A stretch of 64,000 nt of DNA, taken from a virus. Its lineage: Duplodnaviria; Caudoviricetes. The DNA is taken from positions 20,715 through 84,714 of the IMG/VR virus record IMGVR_UViG_2918249483_000002; one strand, given 5' to 3'. The notes below the pieces were generated by a model. The model was given only the letters and a program-made list of their open reading frames with translations. It had not been told where the DNA came from and made no database searches. Positions within the stretch are counted from its first letter, which is position 1; every line of letters starts with the position of its first letter. The position numbers and the translations under genes are program-made. Shown here in pieces: positions 8,203-17,606 of the stretch.

Positions 8203-8529
8203 TCACGCTGCCGCTGCAATTTCAACCGGCAAGCTGGCGACCGGCGCCGGCTTGGTCGCGCGCCAGAACGCTGCAACAGGGTTGCCGCAGCCGTGCCCAG
8301 CGGCGTCATGGCCGTCATCGGTGGCCGCCTCCAGGAAGTAATGCGCGACGAAGATCCGGACTTCGCTGGCCAGGTTCGGAGCCGGGAACGCGTCGAGGCC
8401 GGAGATCAGGGCGCTGACCGTCACTCCTTCCTTGACCGCGATCTTGTCCAGCGCGCTCCAGATGATGGTCTCCAGGCGCATCGAGGTCCGCCGGCCGTTC
8501 ACCATCACGTTCTTCATCACCAGAGCCAT
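8203..8529 (-). CDS. ribbon-helix-helix (RHH_4-type) DNA-binding protein
   Basis: KNVMVNGRRTSMRLETIIWSALDKIA..NLASEVRIFV..YF..AAT..GH matches the alphaproteobacterial RHH_4 family. Confidence 0.85.
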   Translation of the reverse strand: MALVMKNVMVNGRRTSMRLETIIWSALDKIAVKEGVTVSALISGLDAFPAPNLASEVRIFVAHYFLEAATDDGHDAAGHGCGNPVAAFWRATKPAPVASLPVEIAAAA

Positions 8530-8624
8530 CACGACCTACCTTGCGAAACAGTTGCATTTGTCGGAGTTTCGATCCGCGAGAGGCGGCGTCGCAGTGAAGA
8601 ACTTCACACGCCGCATACGGGACG

Positions 8625-9548
8625 ATGCAGAAAACGAGGTGGATGGTGGGTGGTGCGACAAAAGGCGCGCTCTGGACGCTGGTATCGGCGCTTTCGTTCA
8701 TGTGCGCGAACATCCTGATCAAGCACCTGTCCGCGAAACTGCCGGCGCTGGAGATGGCCTTGTTCCGGTCGGCCGGCGGCCTGCTGATGGCGTTCGTCGC
8801 CTGGCGCGCATTCCTGCACCTCCGCCAGCTCCGCGACCCGCAGTGGCACCTGACCCGCGCGGCGGTCGGCGCCGTCAGCCTGATGGCTCTGGTCCACGCC
8901 TACAGCTCCTTGCCCATCGCCCTGGTGACCGGCTTCATGTATGTCAGGGTCTTGTTGGTCATTCCGATGCAGCGGGTGATCCTGGGCGAATCCGCCGACC
9001 GCCGGGTCTGGATCGCCGCAGGCATCGGCATCGTCGGCGCGCTCATCGCCCTGTGGCCGCGCCTGGTCACCATCGGGACGCCGCATTGGAGCTGGGCGGT
9101 GGGCTCGCTGATCATCGCGGCCTTCGCGGGGGCGGGTAGCCAAATCTGCATGCGCCGGCTGGCCCGGACCAACCCGGCTACGGTGGTGGTCGCCGTGTCG
9201 GCGATCCTGATCAGCGCCATCGTCGCGATCCCGGCCAGCACCGTCGCCGTTGAGCCGCCGGCCGGCGACCTACCGTGGTTGATTGGCATGGCGCTGCTGT
9301 CCGCCTGCGCGCAGTGGGCAACCGTCCGCGGCTACAAGCATGCCTCCCCGGCGGTGCTGATGCCCGTCACCCTGGTTGACGTGCCCGTGGCGCTGGTCTC
9401 CGGCTACCTGCTGTTCGGCGAGGTGCCGACCGTGCACGCGGCGGTGGGAGCGGCGATCATCATCGCGGCGGCGGTCTACGTCACGCGGTCGAGTCGGCCC
9501 GAGTCGCGGCAGGCGACGGGCTCTTCTCCCGGACGGGTTCTCAGCTAA
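8625..9548 (+). CDS. EamA/DMT family transporter
   Basis: About 10 hydrophobic segments in two repeats; ends GYLLFGEVPT..VGAAIII. Confidence 0.9.
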   Translation: MQKTRWMVGGATKGALWTLVSALSFMCANILIKHLSAKLPALEMALFRSAGGLLMAFVAWRAFLHLRQLRDPQWHLTRAAVGAVSLMALVHAYSSLPIALVTGFMYVRVLLVIPMQRVILGESADRRVWIAAGIGIVGALIALWPRLVTIGTPHWSWAVGSLIIAAFAGAGSQICMRRLARTNPATVVVAVSAILISAIVAIPASTVAVEPPAGDLPWLIGMALLSACAQWATVRGYKHASPAVLMPVTLVDVPVALVSGYLLFGEVPTVHAAVGAAIIIAAAVYVTRSSRPESRQATGSSPGRVLS

Positions 9549-9773
9549 TCGCAGCGCGCAAAGCCAACGTCATAACTTTTTTGGTGACGCCAGACCGCAA
9601 CAAGACGTCGCCAGACCATCAAGATCCCAAAAATGGGACGTGGAGCATGTCCAGGTGAATAACATAGTATGCGCGCACCGAATGATGGTGAAAATCTCCT
9701 ATTGTGACCCGTTTGGGTGATGCGCTCGGATGATTAGGTTGCTAGGCTTGCAGCAACTTAATTCAGCGAGGGC

Positions 9774-10847
9774 ATGCCGATTATGGCGGCGCTTGATATT
9801 CCCGCAGATGCTCCGCCTTCCTTGTCGGAAATGGCTGCGCTCGCCGTCCGTCTCGGGTCGGGCGCCGTGGTCTTCAGCCCTGATGATCGGCTTGAGTTCG
9901 CCAGCGACCATTTCCGTCGGATGTATGAGTTCTGCGACTTCGGGCGAGGACTGACCTTCGACGACATCCTTCTGGCGTCGTTGGCAATGGAGGAGAGGGC
10001 CGGCTTCAAACTGCCGGAACCCCCCACGGAAAAGCTGGAACGTACCAAGCGGCGTCGCCGAGTGGAGCGCATGGAGTTTGTCCGTGAGTTCCCCGTGCCG
10101 TTGATGTGCTTGCATTGGATGCACCACAGCGGATGGTCCATCCAGATCAGGGCGGAGCCCAAGCACGTTGGCCTGTCGAGCTTCTTCGACGCCGACCTGC
10201 CTGCCTTCGGCCTTTTGGAGGCCCTTCGTCGTCGAGAAGAACTGTCCCAGCGCGCGGCCGTGCTGGACAGTATCGACCTTGCGGTTGCGGTACTCGGTCC
10301 AGAGGGGGGCGTCAGATATCAAAATGCTGCCTTTGCCGCCCTGGTTGATGCCTCTGATGGGTTGAGGATTGATGATGACGGGCACGTCTGCGCCGTGGAT
10401 GCCGGTAGCGCTGACAGGCTTCAGGCGGTCATCGCCGCAGCGGCGTTTGGTCGGCCAAGCGCCAGACAAGTTGCCATGTGCCTCCCTCGCCAAAGGGGAG
10501 AGCCGCACGTCCTTTCGGTGTCCCGCGGTGTAGGGGCCTTGCTCGGATCGGCCGTCCTTATCATCGCTCCCATCTTGCTGGATGTGGGGACGCTGGCCAG
10601 CATCCTCTATCGCGACTTCGGCTTGACCCAAGCGCAGGCGGAGGTCGCCGCCCATGTCGGGGCAGGATTGTCGCCGGATGAGGCGGCTGAGGCTCTTGGG
10701 AAATCGCGCGACACAGCCCGCACTCAGCTCAAAGGTGTTTTCGCAAGACTTGGACAGAATATCGGAGGCAGGACGCAAGCCCGCCTTACGCGGTTCTCCG
10801 CGTTGCTGTCATCGATTTCCGGTGCCGCCCGGCAGCGCGGTTATTGA
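9774..10847 (+). CDS. PAS-PAS-LuxR family transcriptional regulator
   Basis: PAS_7-like AVVFSPDDRLEFASDHFRRMY..GLTFDDIL; second PAS VLDSIDLAVAVLGPEGGVRYQNAA; LuxR HTH GLTQAQAEVA..GLSPDEAAEALGKSRDTARTQLKGVFARLG. Confidence 0.85.
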   Translation: MPIMAALDIPADAPPSLSEMAALAVRLGSGAVVFSPDDRLEFASDHFRRMYEFCDFGRGLTFDDILLASLAMEERAGFKLPEPPTEKLERTKRRRRVERMEFVREFPVPLMCLHWMHHSGWSIQIRAEPKHVGLSSFFDADLPAFGLLEALRRREELSQRAAVLDSIDLAVAVLGPEGGVRYQNAAFAALVDASDGLRIDDDGHVCAVDAGSADRLQAVIAAAAFGRPSARQVAMCLPRQRGEPHVLSVSRGVGALLGSAVLIIAPILLDVGTLASILYRDFGLTQAQAEVAAHVGAGLSPDEAAEALGKSRDTARTQLKGVFARLGQNIGGRTQARLTRFSALLSSISGAARQRGY

Positions 10848-10861
10848 ACAGGGGTTAGTCT

Positions 10862-11317
10862 ATGAACATTGATGATGCTCTGAATGCAGTCGAGGCCATC
10901 GATATGAGCGTTCTGGTATCCGACTTGATCGAGAAGGGTACGGACAGGGCGCGTGCCGAACGCTCGGTGGCCCAATATCGTGAGTTCTTCGCCACATGCG
11001 CTGCTTACCCGGATGCACCTCTCGTCCCGACTCATCTGTGCGATCTTGCTTGGCACGCCCACATGCTCCGCCCCAGCAAGTATGCCAGGGATTGCATGGC
11101 GGTGCTGGGCCACATCATGGATCATGACCCCGGAGTCTATCGCACCGGGCCGTTCCAGGAGGCCTACGATCTGACGCGTAAGTTGGTTCCGTACGGACAC
11201 CTGATGCCGGTCGACGCATATGCGCTGGAAAATGAGATGGCCGGGGCTGAGTGTTTCCGCGAACCGAATCAGCGGCCTGATCGCGAGGACCCACTGTACA
11301 TCAAGTTCGACGCATAG
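10862..11317 (+). CDS. glycine-rich-domain-protein (GRDP/DUF1399)-like protein
   Basis: AVxQYRxF..P..PLVP..DLAWHAHMLRPxKYxxDC..LG..DHDP motif typical of the GRDP core. Confidence 0.7.
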   Translation: MNIDDALNAVEAIDMSVLVSDLIEKGTDRARAERSVAQYREFFATCAAYPDAPLVPTHLCDLAWHAHMLRPSKYARDCMAVLGHIMDHDPGVYRTGPFQEAYDLTRKLVPYGHLMPVDAYALENEMAGAECFREPNQRPDREDPLYIKFDA

Positions 11318-11323
11318 CATCAG

Positions 11324-11366
11324 TCCGCCGACAGGCGGAGGCTACTAAGGCGGTGGGCGCCTTTTC
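11324..11366. terminator. putative terminator hairpins after the GRDP-like gene
   Basis: TCCGCC-GACA-GGCGGA and AGGCG-GTGGG-CGCCTTTT. Confidence 0.45.
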
Positions 11367-11709
11367 GCTGCGATGGCTTTACCAGAGCCGTCACCAGAGA
11401 AACCAACGGCAATATGCCGGAGGCTGAACTCAACTCCACCCGCACCGCCGGACGGTAAGGGCAAGGATAGACTCAGGGGCGTCCATATGCCGAGTATCTT
11501 TTTGCGTTCGAATGTTGCCACTGAAGAGCAATCCTCGCTGTCGAAGCCTTGCGAGGAAATTTCGACCCCTGGCGAAAGGAGCGCTATTTCGCATGTATTC
11601 GGAGCACGTAGGCTGCGCCAAGGAAGCGCTCCTATCAATTCCCACAACGGATTTGCAAATAGATCCTAATCTTTAGGGTATTGATAGCTTGAGAGTGGAG
11701 TCGCATGTT

Positions 11710-11877
11710 ATGCTAACGGAAGAAGAGCGCGAGTGGATTGTTAGCGAACTCGCAGAATTCATTCTGGATAAAGGCGTAAGGGGGGAGCGGATCATTATCC
11801 GCTGGATTCGTCTGCGGCGTCGCGCGGCTTCCTGCGGCGCTTCCTATTCGCCTGCAGCGCCTTTCCAGTTTCGATAG
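11710..11877 (+). CDS. small ORF convergent with and overlapping the repressor 3' end
   Basis: GAGTGGAG RBS; MLTEEEREWIVSELAEFILDKG..; AT-rich promoter-like sequence upstream. Confidence 0.35.
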   Translation: MLTEEEREWIVSELAEFILDKGVRGERIIIRWIRLRRRAASCGASYSPAAPFQFR

Positions 11878-12181
11878 CTTCATCCCTGGAAGTCATTTTC
11901 TCTAATATTGCGTTGGCTGCTTGACGCGCACGTACTCTCTGCTCCCAGTCAGGTTCGCCATATTCAAGCAGTTCAACAACAGTCATTCCTGCCGCCTTAG
12001 CAATGGCGTGCAGCGTGGAGACCGTCGGATTGCCCCGCATTGCACTCCGAAGAGTGGACTCATTCTTACCCGCCATCTTCGCCCAGTTGTTAGGCGAATG
12101 GAGGCGGTCTCCATGGACCGACATAACGCGGTCAACCACTTCCCCAAGGTCGGGGCGGTCTGAGATTCTATCGTCTACCAT
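11795..12181 (-). CDS. prophage repressor (XRE HTH, no S24 peptidase domain)
   Basis: SPNNWAKMAGKNESTLRSAMRGNPTVSTLHAIAKAAGMTVVELL HTH; divergent from cro across operators; CATAAT -10 placed for leaderless start. Confidence 0.8.
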   Translation of the reverse strand: MVDDRISDRPDLGEVVDRVMSVHGDRLHSPNNWAKMAGKNESTLRSAMRGNPTVSTLHAIAKAAGMTVVELLEYGEPDWEQRVRARQAANAILEKMTSRDEAIETGKALQANRKRRRKPRDAADESSG

Positions 12182-12199
12182 GGCCGTATTATGGCGCGA

Positions 12200-12280
12200 C
12201 CGCGAAAAATCGCGACCGCGCTCTATCGCGCTCTTCTGGCTCGAATGCGATTGACTAACCGCGATATATCGCGGCATTAT
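12200..12280. promoter_or_regulatory. OR operators with pR and pRM
   Basis: CCGCGAAAAATCGCGA (12200-12215), CCGCGCTCTATCGCGC (12216-12231), perfect CCGCGATATATCGCGG (12259-12274) between TTGACT (12251) and CATTAT (12275). Confidence 0.88.
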
Positions 12281-12286
12281 AGAGCC

Positions 12287-12517
12287 ATGCTTCATATCGA
12301 CGAATGCGTCCATAAAATCTGTTCCTACGCGAAGGCTAAAGGCTGGAGCGCCGAGGAGTATGCGCGCGAAGCGGAGATCCCTCCGAGCACCGCCCGGGAT
12401 GTGCTGAAGAACCGTGGGAACGCGACCCGGAAAACGCTGAGGGCGATGGAAGGTGTGGTGCCGCGCGACTTCGAGGCGCCGGCAGGCGACGTCTCGCCCG
12501 AAGGCGAGGACTCATAG
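12287..12517 (+). CDS. Cro-like HTH protein
   Basis: 76 aa, WSAEEYAREAEIPPSTARDVL..NATRKTLRAME; first gene after pR. Confidence 0.8.
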   Translation: MLHIDECVHKICSYAKAKGWSAEEYAREAEIPPSTARDVLKNRGNATRKTLRAMEGVVPRDFEAPAGDVSPEGEDS

Positions 12518-13190
12518 ATGCCGATCCTCGCTTCCCCGATCCAACCCACCAAACAGAGGACGGCCGAAAGGTCGAGGCTTTCATGGGCAGCATGAACCAA
12601 TTCGTCTGCGCCGTTGCCGGCTTCGTTGCCCGTGTCGGTGTTCAATGGGATGGGTGCCTCACCCAACCAAAGGTCAGGGAAGCTTTCAGCCTCCCGGCTT
12701 GGTCGCCGACCTGGCGCCACTGGCTTCTACTTGCGCCCATTCCCAACGCCTGTGACCGGCTGCCCGGCGAAAATGGCTTCGGCGAGCGGCATCGCGGCGG
12801 AGCCGAGGAGGTGAGCGTCCTGGCTTCCTAACTCGGCTCGCAGATCTCCCTCGGCTTCGTGCGCCAGAACGGTCCGTTCGCCGCCCGCATCATGCGTCAG
12901 GCTTCCAACCCAGGCGCACAGCAACCCCAGCTTACCACGTGGCCAGCATACCGGGCCGGTGGCGGGATAGGGGAGGGCGCAGAAGGTCGGGGCACCAAGG
13001 ACAGGATGGGTAACGCCTACCGCCAATTTGGGGCTCCGGTTGGGTGGTGGGAAAGGTGAGCGGGAAGGGTGGTCAATTCCTCCGCCGCTCACCGGCCGCA
13101 CCGCGGTGGGGACGCGAGGCGGCGATTCGATGGGCTCATCATTTCGCCAAAATGGCGAGTGCGAAACTTATAATGCACGGGGTTGGTTAT

Positions 13191-13739
13191 ATGAGAACCA
13201 AATGCGAACCTTCCGATGCTGATCTGACCGACCCGGTTCTCAAGATCAAGCACGCGTTCCGCATGCTGGTGAAGCAGGCCGGCGGCGTCGAGGCTGCGGC
13301 GGCCGAAGTCGGCATCAGCATCGCGTCGATCTCCAACTACACCAACCCGAACAAGCCGGACCAAGTCCGTGTCGACGTCATGCACGCGCTGGAGCGGGCC
13401 ATCGGCGACCCGGTGATGCTTCGGGTGCTGGCTGACCTGCACGGCTTCGAGCTGACCCCGAAGGCCCCGGCCGACGGGGACGATCACCAGGGGCTCGACA
13501 TCCATCTCCCGGACAGCATGGACGTGACGCTGAAGGCCGCCGAGATCGGGCAGGCCCTGGCCGATGCGATCGAGCGCGGGGTGATGACCGAGGAGACGGC
13601 TCTCCGCATCGAGGACCGGTGCGGTCGGATCGTGAGCCGCGCCGTGAAGATGCGCGATGTCGCTGCCCGCATCCGGGCCATCGTCAAGAAGAGCCGGAAG
13701 CCGTGGTCCTTGCGTGCCCGCGTCAAGGGAGGCGAGTGA
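13191..13739 (+). CDS. CII-like phage regulatory protein
   Basis: LVKQAGGVEAAAAEVGISIASISNYTNPN..DVMHALE..GDPVMLRVLA..GFEL; position after cro. Confidence 0.7.
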   Translation: MRTKCEPSDADLTDPVLKIKHAFRMLVKQAGGVEAAAAEVGISIASISNYTNPNKPDQVRVDVMHALERAIGDPVMLRVLADLHGFELTPKAPADGDDHQGLDIHLPDSMDVTLKAAEIGQALADAIERGVMTEETALRIEDRCGRIVSRAVKMRDVAARIRAIVKKSRKPWSLRARVKGGE

Positions 13740-13939
13740 TGGACGGCATCACGAATTCCAAGCCGGCGACGGGCAGCGCGGTGTCTGCCGAAGCGACCCG
13801 CCAGCCAAAGTTTCACGGCGCCGCCCGCGGTGCTGGTGGCCACGCCCACATGCTGGCTGTCGACCTGCCGAGCGAGCTGGGCGGCGACGCGATCGCGTCC
13901 GAGTGGGGCGGGCCGCAGTTCCAGGTGAACAAGCAATGA
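13739..13939 (+). CDS. hypothetical protein
   Basis: TGATG coupling, GGAGG RBS. Confidence 0.5.
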   Translation: MDGITNSKPATGSAVSAEATRQPKFHGAARGAGGHAHMLAVDLPSELGGDAIASEWGGPQFQVNKQ

Positions 13940-14193
13940 GCGCCGCCCCTCGCCGCAATCCCTCTCACGGTTCCCCCTGGAGCCGGAGCAACGGGAACCT
14001 GTTTCGGTTCGAGCGTGTGCGTCACGACTATGATGACCGCACGGTCCCTGCCGACATGCTGGAGCAGATCCGCAGCTTCACCGGCAAGGTGCAGCAGTGC
14101 CCACCCTCCGCCTACGCCTCGCAGTTTGGTCAGGCCCTGTCGTCGACCGGCACCGCCGGTGGGCGCGTCCATGGGAAGGGCAGGGTGCGATGA
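13936..14193 (+). CDS. hypothetical protein
   Basis: ATGA coupling on both sides. Confidence 0.5.
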   Translation: MSAAPRRNPSHGSPWSRSNGNLFRFERVRHDYDDRTVPADMLEQIRSFTGKVQQCPPSAYASQFGQALSSTGTAGGRVHGKGRVR

Positions 14194-14690
14194 CCAAGCG
14201 CGGCGGAACCGTCAGCCTTGCCGACCTCGCTCCGGCCTACCAGGACCGGGCCATCCGGATCCATGCCGGCGTGATGGAGGGGGAGAAGGCTCTGAAGCAG
14301 GGCCGGCGGAGCGCGCTGCTGCGGAAGGAATCGGAGGACGCTTTCAACATCGTGGTGGAGCGCTTCCTCACCTATGCGCTTCCGCCCTTGGACACGTGGT
14401 TCTGCCACATCCCGAACGAAGGGAAGCGGAGCAAGGCCGAGGGCGCCAAGCTGAAGGCCAAGGGGATGAAGAAGGGGGCGGCTGACCTGCTCCTCATCCA
14501 CCTCGGTCGGGCTTTCATGCTCGAACTCAAGGTCACCGGCGGGAAGGTCTCCGCCGACCAGGCGCTGTGCCATGCCGACGTGCGCCGAGCGGGTGCACCG
14601 GTGGCCGTCGCCTTCACCCTCACCGAAGTTGAAACCGCCCTGCGCACCTGGGGAATCCCGCTGCGCGGCACTGCGCAAGGATTCGCCTGA
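14190..14690 (+). CDS. VRR-NUC family nuclease (Holliday junction resolvase-like)
   Basis: E..Q/F..HIPNEGKRS..G..LK..G..KGAADL..MLELK..GKVS..Q motif. Confidence 0.85.
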   Translation: MTKRGGTVSLADLAPAYQDRAIRIHAGVMEGEKALKQGRRSALLRKESEDAFNIVVERFLTYALPPLDTWFCHIPNEGKRSKAEGAKLKAKGMKKGAADLLLIHLGRAFMLELKVTGGKVSADQALCHADVRRAGAPVAVAFTLTEVETALRTWGIPLRGTAQGFA

Positions 14691-15970
14691 TGAACGCCAC
14701 CGTGAAGGAGCGGCCCCGCGCCGACCATGGCACCGTCTCCAACCTGATGCCGTCCGTGACCCTCGATGCGCAAGCGCTGCGCAAGGCGGTCGAGGCCGTC
14801 GCCCCGGCAATGGACCTGCGTTCGGCCAATCCGCTCCTCGCGCACATCGCTTTCGTCGTGGAGGCCGAGGGGGGCGTTACGGTTCGTGCGACCAATGAGG
14901 ATTCGAGCCTGGACGTGACGTGCGACGTCCGTTCGGCCGAGGGTGCCGTGCCGTTTGCAGCCGCGATCTCGGGACGCACGCTGACCAAGCTGCTCGCCTC
15001 AGTGGGGCCGTCGCCGATCACGATGTCGCTGACGACCAACGGGGTTGTGCTTCAGTGCGGAGACCTGTCGGGCCGGATCCCGGTGTTGCCGATCGCTGAC
15101 TTCCCCGCCGTTATCCATTCCGTCTGCGATCGCCCCTTCGAGATGCCGGCTGGCGATCTCGTCCAGCTGCTGGAAACAGTGCAGCACGCCATCTCGACGG
15201 AGGAAACCCGCTACTATCTCAACGGCGTACACATCCATCGCAGGGACGGCAAACTGGTCGCCGCGGCGACGGACGGCCATCGAATGGCGATCGCAAGCCT
15301 CGCCACTCCGGTGGACGGGACGCATCCAGACCTCGACGCCGGTGTCATCCTTCATCGCAAGGCGGTGAAGCATCTGCTGCGGCTGCTGGCCGTGTTGCCC
15401 GACACCGTCGCGGTTGTGGTGCGACTGAGTTCGGACCAGCCCGCGAACGGTCGGAGGATCGGTGGGCGGCCGAGAATGGCCTTCTCCTGGTCTCATGGTG
15501 ACATGCAAGTCCGTGTCGACTGCGGCCTGATCGATGGCACCTTCCCGGACTATATCAAGGTCATTCCGCAGACCTTCACCCGGCAGTGCGTGGTCTATCG
15601 CTCGTTCCTTCGCCGGGCGGCGCATACCCTGCTGAGCGTCCTGGGCGAAGTCCGGGACAGGCCCGACGGCAAGCCTTGGCTGAAGCTCTTGTTCGTGCTC
15701 GACAAGACCTGCCTCCGGCTGTCCGGCTCGTCTGAAGAGCACGGGGATCTCACGACGAGGGTAACCGTCGCCAGTCAGGACGCGGTCGAGACCGGATTCA
15801 ATGCCCGCTATGTCGTCGAATGCATGGATGCGTTCGAGTGCGACGCGGTGGCCGTCAAATTCAACGATGCGCGCGAACCTTTTGTTCTTGAGGCTGCCGA
15901 GGATGGGCGTGTGACCCAGGGGCGGGAGCGCGTCTCGCTGCTCCAAGTCCTGATGCCGGCTCGGGTCTGA
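14690..15970 (+). CDS. dnaN: DNA polymerase III beta sliding clamp homolog
   Basis: [48 protein letters not shown]. Confidence 0.92.
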   Translation: MNATVKERPRADHGTVSNLMPSVTLDAQALRKAVEAVAPAMDLRSANPLLAHIAFVVEAEGGVTVRATNEDSSLDVTCDVRSAEGAVPFAAAISGRTLTKLLASVGPSPITMSLTTNGVVLQCGDLSGRIPVLPIADFPAVIHSVCDRPFEMPAGDLVQLLETVQHAISTEETRYYLNGVHIHRRDGKLVAAATDGHRMAIASLATPVDGTHPDLDAGVILHRKAVKHLLRLLAVLPDTVAVVVRLSSDQPANGRRIGGRPRMAFSWSHGDMQVRVDCGLIDGTFPDYIKVIPQTFTRQCVVYRSFLRRAAHTLLSVLGEVRDRPDGKPWLKLLFVLDKTCLRLSGSSEEHGDLTTRVTVASQDAVETGFNARYVVECMDAFECDAVAVKFNDAREPFVLEAAEDGRVTQGRERVSLLQVLMPARV

Positions 15971-15981
15971 GGAGCAACGCG

Positions 15982-16245
15982 ATGGGCGGCATCCACGACA
16001 ACAGCGTTGAAGGCATTGCGGCGGATCGCCTGAAATCCTTCGTCGAGCGCATCGAGCGCCTGGAGGAGGAGAAGAAGGGTCTGCAGGAGGACGTCAAGGA
16101 GGTCTACGCCGAGGCCAAGGGCACCGGTTTCGACACCAAGATCATCCGCCAGATCATCCGCCTGCGGAAGATGGACAAGGCCGACCGCCAGGAGCAGGAA
16201 GCCATCCTTGAGCTGTACAAGGAAGCCCTGGGCATGGTGGAGTGA
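15982..16245 (+). CDS. gapR: GapR (DUF2312) nucleoid-associated protein
   Basis: [59 protein letters not shown]. Confidence 0.93.
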   Translation: MGGIHDNSVEGIAADRLKSFVERIERLEEEKKGLQEDVKEVYAEAKGTGFDTKIIRQIIRLRKMDKADRQEQEAILELYKEALGMVE

Positions 16246-16247
16246 CC

Positions 16248-16517
16248 ATGTCGGCCGGCGGCGATCTCCTCACCATCATCAACGCTCTGGTCGTGGCGCG
16301 CATCAAGCGCGGCCTGACGCAGGAGCATCTTGCGCAGAAGCTCGGCGTCACCCGCCAGTGCCTGTCGGCGTGGGAGAAGCTCACCAACTTTCCGCCGAGC
16401 GACAAGCTGTTCGCCTGGGCGAAGCTGCTGGGCATTCGCTTCGTCGCCATGGACCTGGACAATCCATTCCAAGACGCAACGGAGAATTGCGCGACGGAAA
16501 CGGCGGTGACCGCATGA
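16248..16517 (+). CDS. XRE family HTH protein
   Basis: ARIKRGLTQEHLAQKLGVTRQCLSAWE..P. Confidence 0.85.
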   Translation: MSAGGDLLTIINALVVARIKRGLTQEHLAQKLGVTRQCLSAWEKLTNFPPSDKLFAWAKLLGIRFVAMDLDNPFQDATENCATETAVTA

Positions 16518-16750
16518 AGCCCGCCATCATCCAGCACGTCGAAGCGCCTTGCCCGAGCGGAGCGGTTTCGCTGCTGCGCGGACGAGCGGTCCGCATCATC
16601 CGCTCCGCCGGCACCGACGCTGCGGCGCCGGTGATCGTCGAAGAGCTGCAAGCCGTCGGCGTGGCGCTGCCGGGTCAGCTCGGGATCTGGCCCGCCGCCG
16701 AGGTGGCGAAGGGGCTCGGCAACCTCACGAAGGTCCGGAGGAAGGCATGA
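16514..16750 (+). CDS. hypothetical protein
   Basis: ATGA coupling on both sides (MKPAIIQH..). Confidence 0.5.
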   Translation: MKPAIIQHVEAPCPSGAVSLLRGRAVRIIRSAGTDAAAPVIVEELQAVGVALPGQLGIWPAAEVAKGLGNLTKVRRKA

Positions 16751-17340
16751 CCAAGCGCGCCAGCAATTCGCAGAACTCACAGGGTTGCCCACAGGTGCCA
16801 GCCTTCATTCGTCGCTCCGGAACCCTGGTCGCCCGCATCGAGGCATCGCTTCCGGCCTGCATGCTGAACATGCTGGTTCGGACGTTGCTCGATACGGTGT
16901 CGCTGAACCCGCGCCAACGAGCGTTCTACAAGACGCTGATGCCAGATCTGGTCTCGGCCGTCGACGGACCGTTCATGACCGAGGCGCGGCCGATCCGCGA
17001 GCGCCTGGCGGAGATCGCCTCGGGTGTGGCGCGCTACGCGATCACGCGGAACGGAATCGCCAAGGATCCGCTGCCGGTGCTGCTGGGCGTCATGTTCTGG
17101 ATGGAGCCGGTGGTGGACGGCCACATCGCTCTTCCGCATCAGGGCCCGGCCCTCCCGCGCGTCTACCAGCTCCTCTGCCAGGAGGTGCTGCACATGCTGG
17201 CGGTGGAGCGGAACGCCGAAGACATCCTGCTCTGCGCCGACATGGGCGATTGCATCGTGCCAGTCATCCAGCAGCGGCTGGAAGGACTGGGGTTCTTCAT
17301 CGGTGCGACCAGCGACGCCGCCGAGGCGGTGGCAGCATGA
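16747..17340 (+). CDS. hypothetical protein
   Basis: MTKRASN.. with GGAGG RBS, coupled, ends EAVAA. Confidence 0.6.
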   Translation: MTKRASNSQNSQGCPQVPAFIRRSGTLVARIEASLPACMLNMLVRTLLDTVSLNPRQRAFYKTLMPDLVSAVDGPFMTEARPIRERLAEIASGVARYAITRNGIAKDPLPVLLGVMFWMEPVVDGHIALPHQGPALPRVYQLLCQEVLHMLAVERNAEDILLCADMGDCIVPVIQQRLEGLGFFIGATSDAAEAVAA

Positions 17341-17606
17341 ACACCGGCGCCCCACCGATTTTCCCGAACGAAACCGACCTGCTGCAGGCGACGCCGGCCA
17401 GTACGGCGCCGGTGGGCGCCAGCCTTCCGGTGATCATCGCTACCGCCGGCATGCCCGACGGCGCGACGGCCGAAGCGTGCGACTGCGCCCGCGTCGCCCT
17501 GGACACGCTGTTCTGTCGCGCCTGGATCGAGCGCCGGCTTGCCGCTGATGGCCCGCTGTTCCGCAGGACCGTCGTCGGCGATCGCATTGCGGAGGCCGTT
17601 CGATGA
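17337..17606 (+). CDS. hypothetical protein
   Basis: MNTGAPP.. ATGA coupling. Confidence 0.5.
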   Translation: MNTGAPPIFPNETDLLQATPASTAPVGASLPVIIATAGMPDGATAEACDCARVALDTLFCRAWIERRLAADGPLFRRTVVGDRIAEAVR

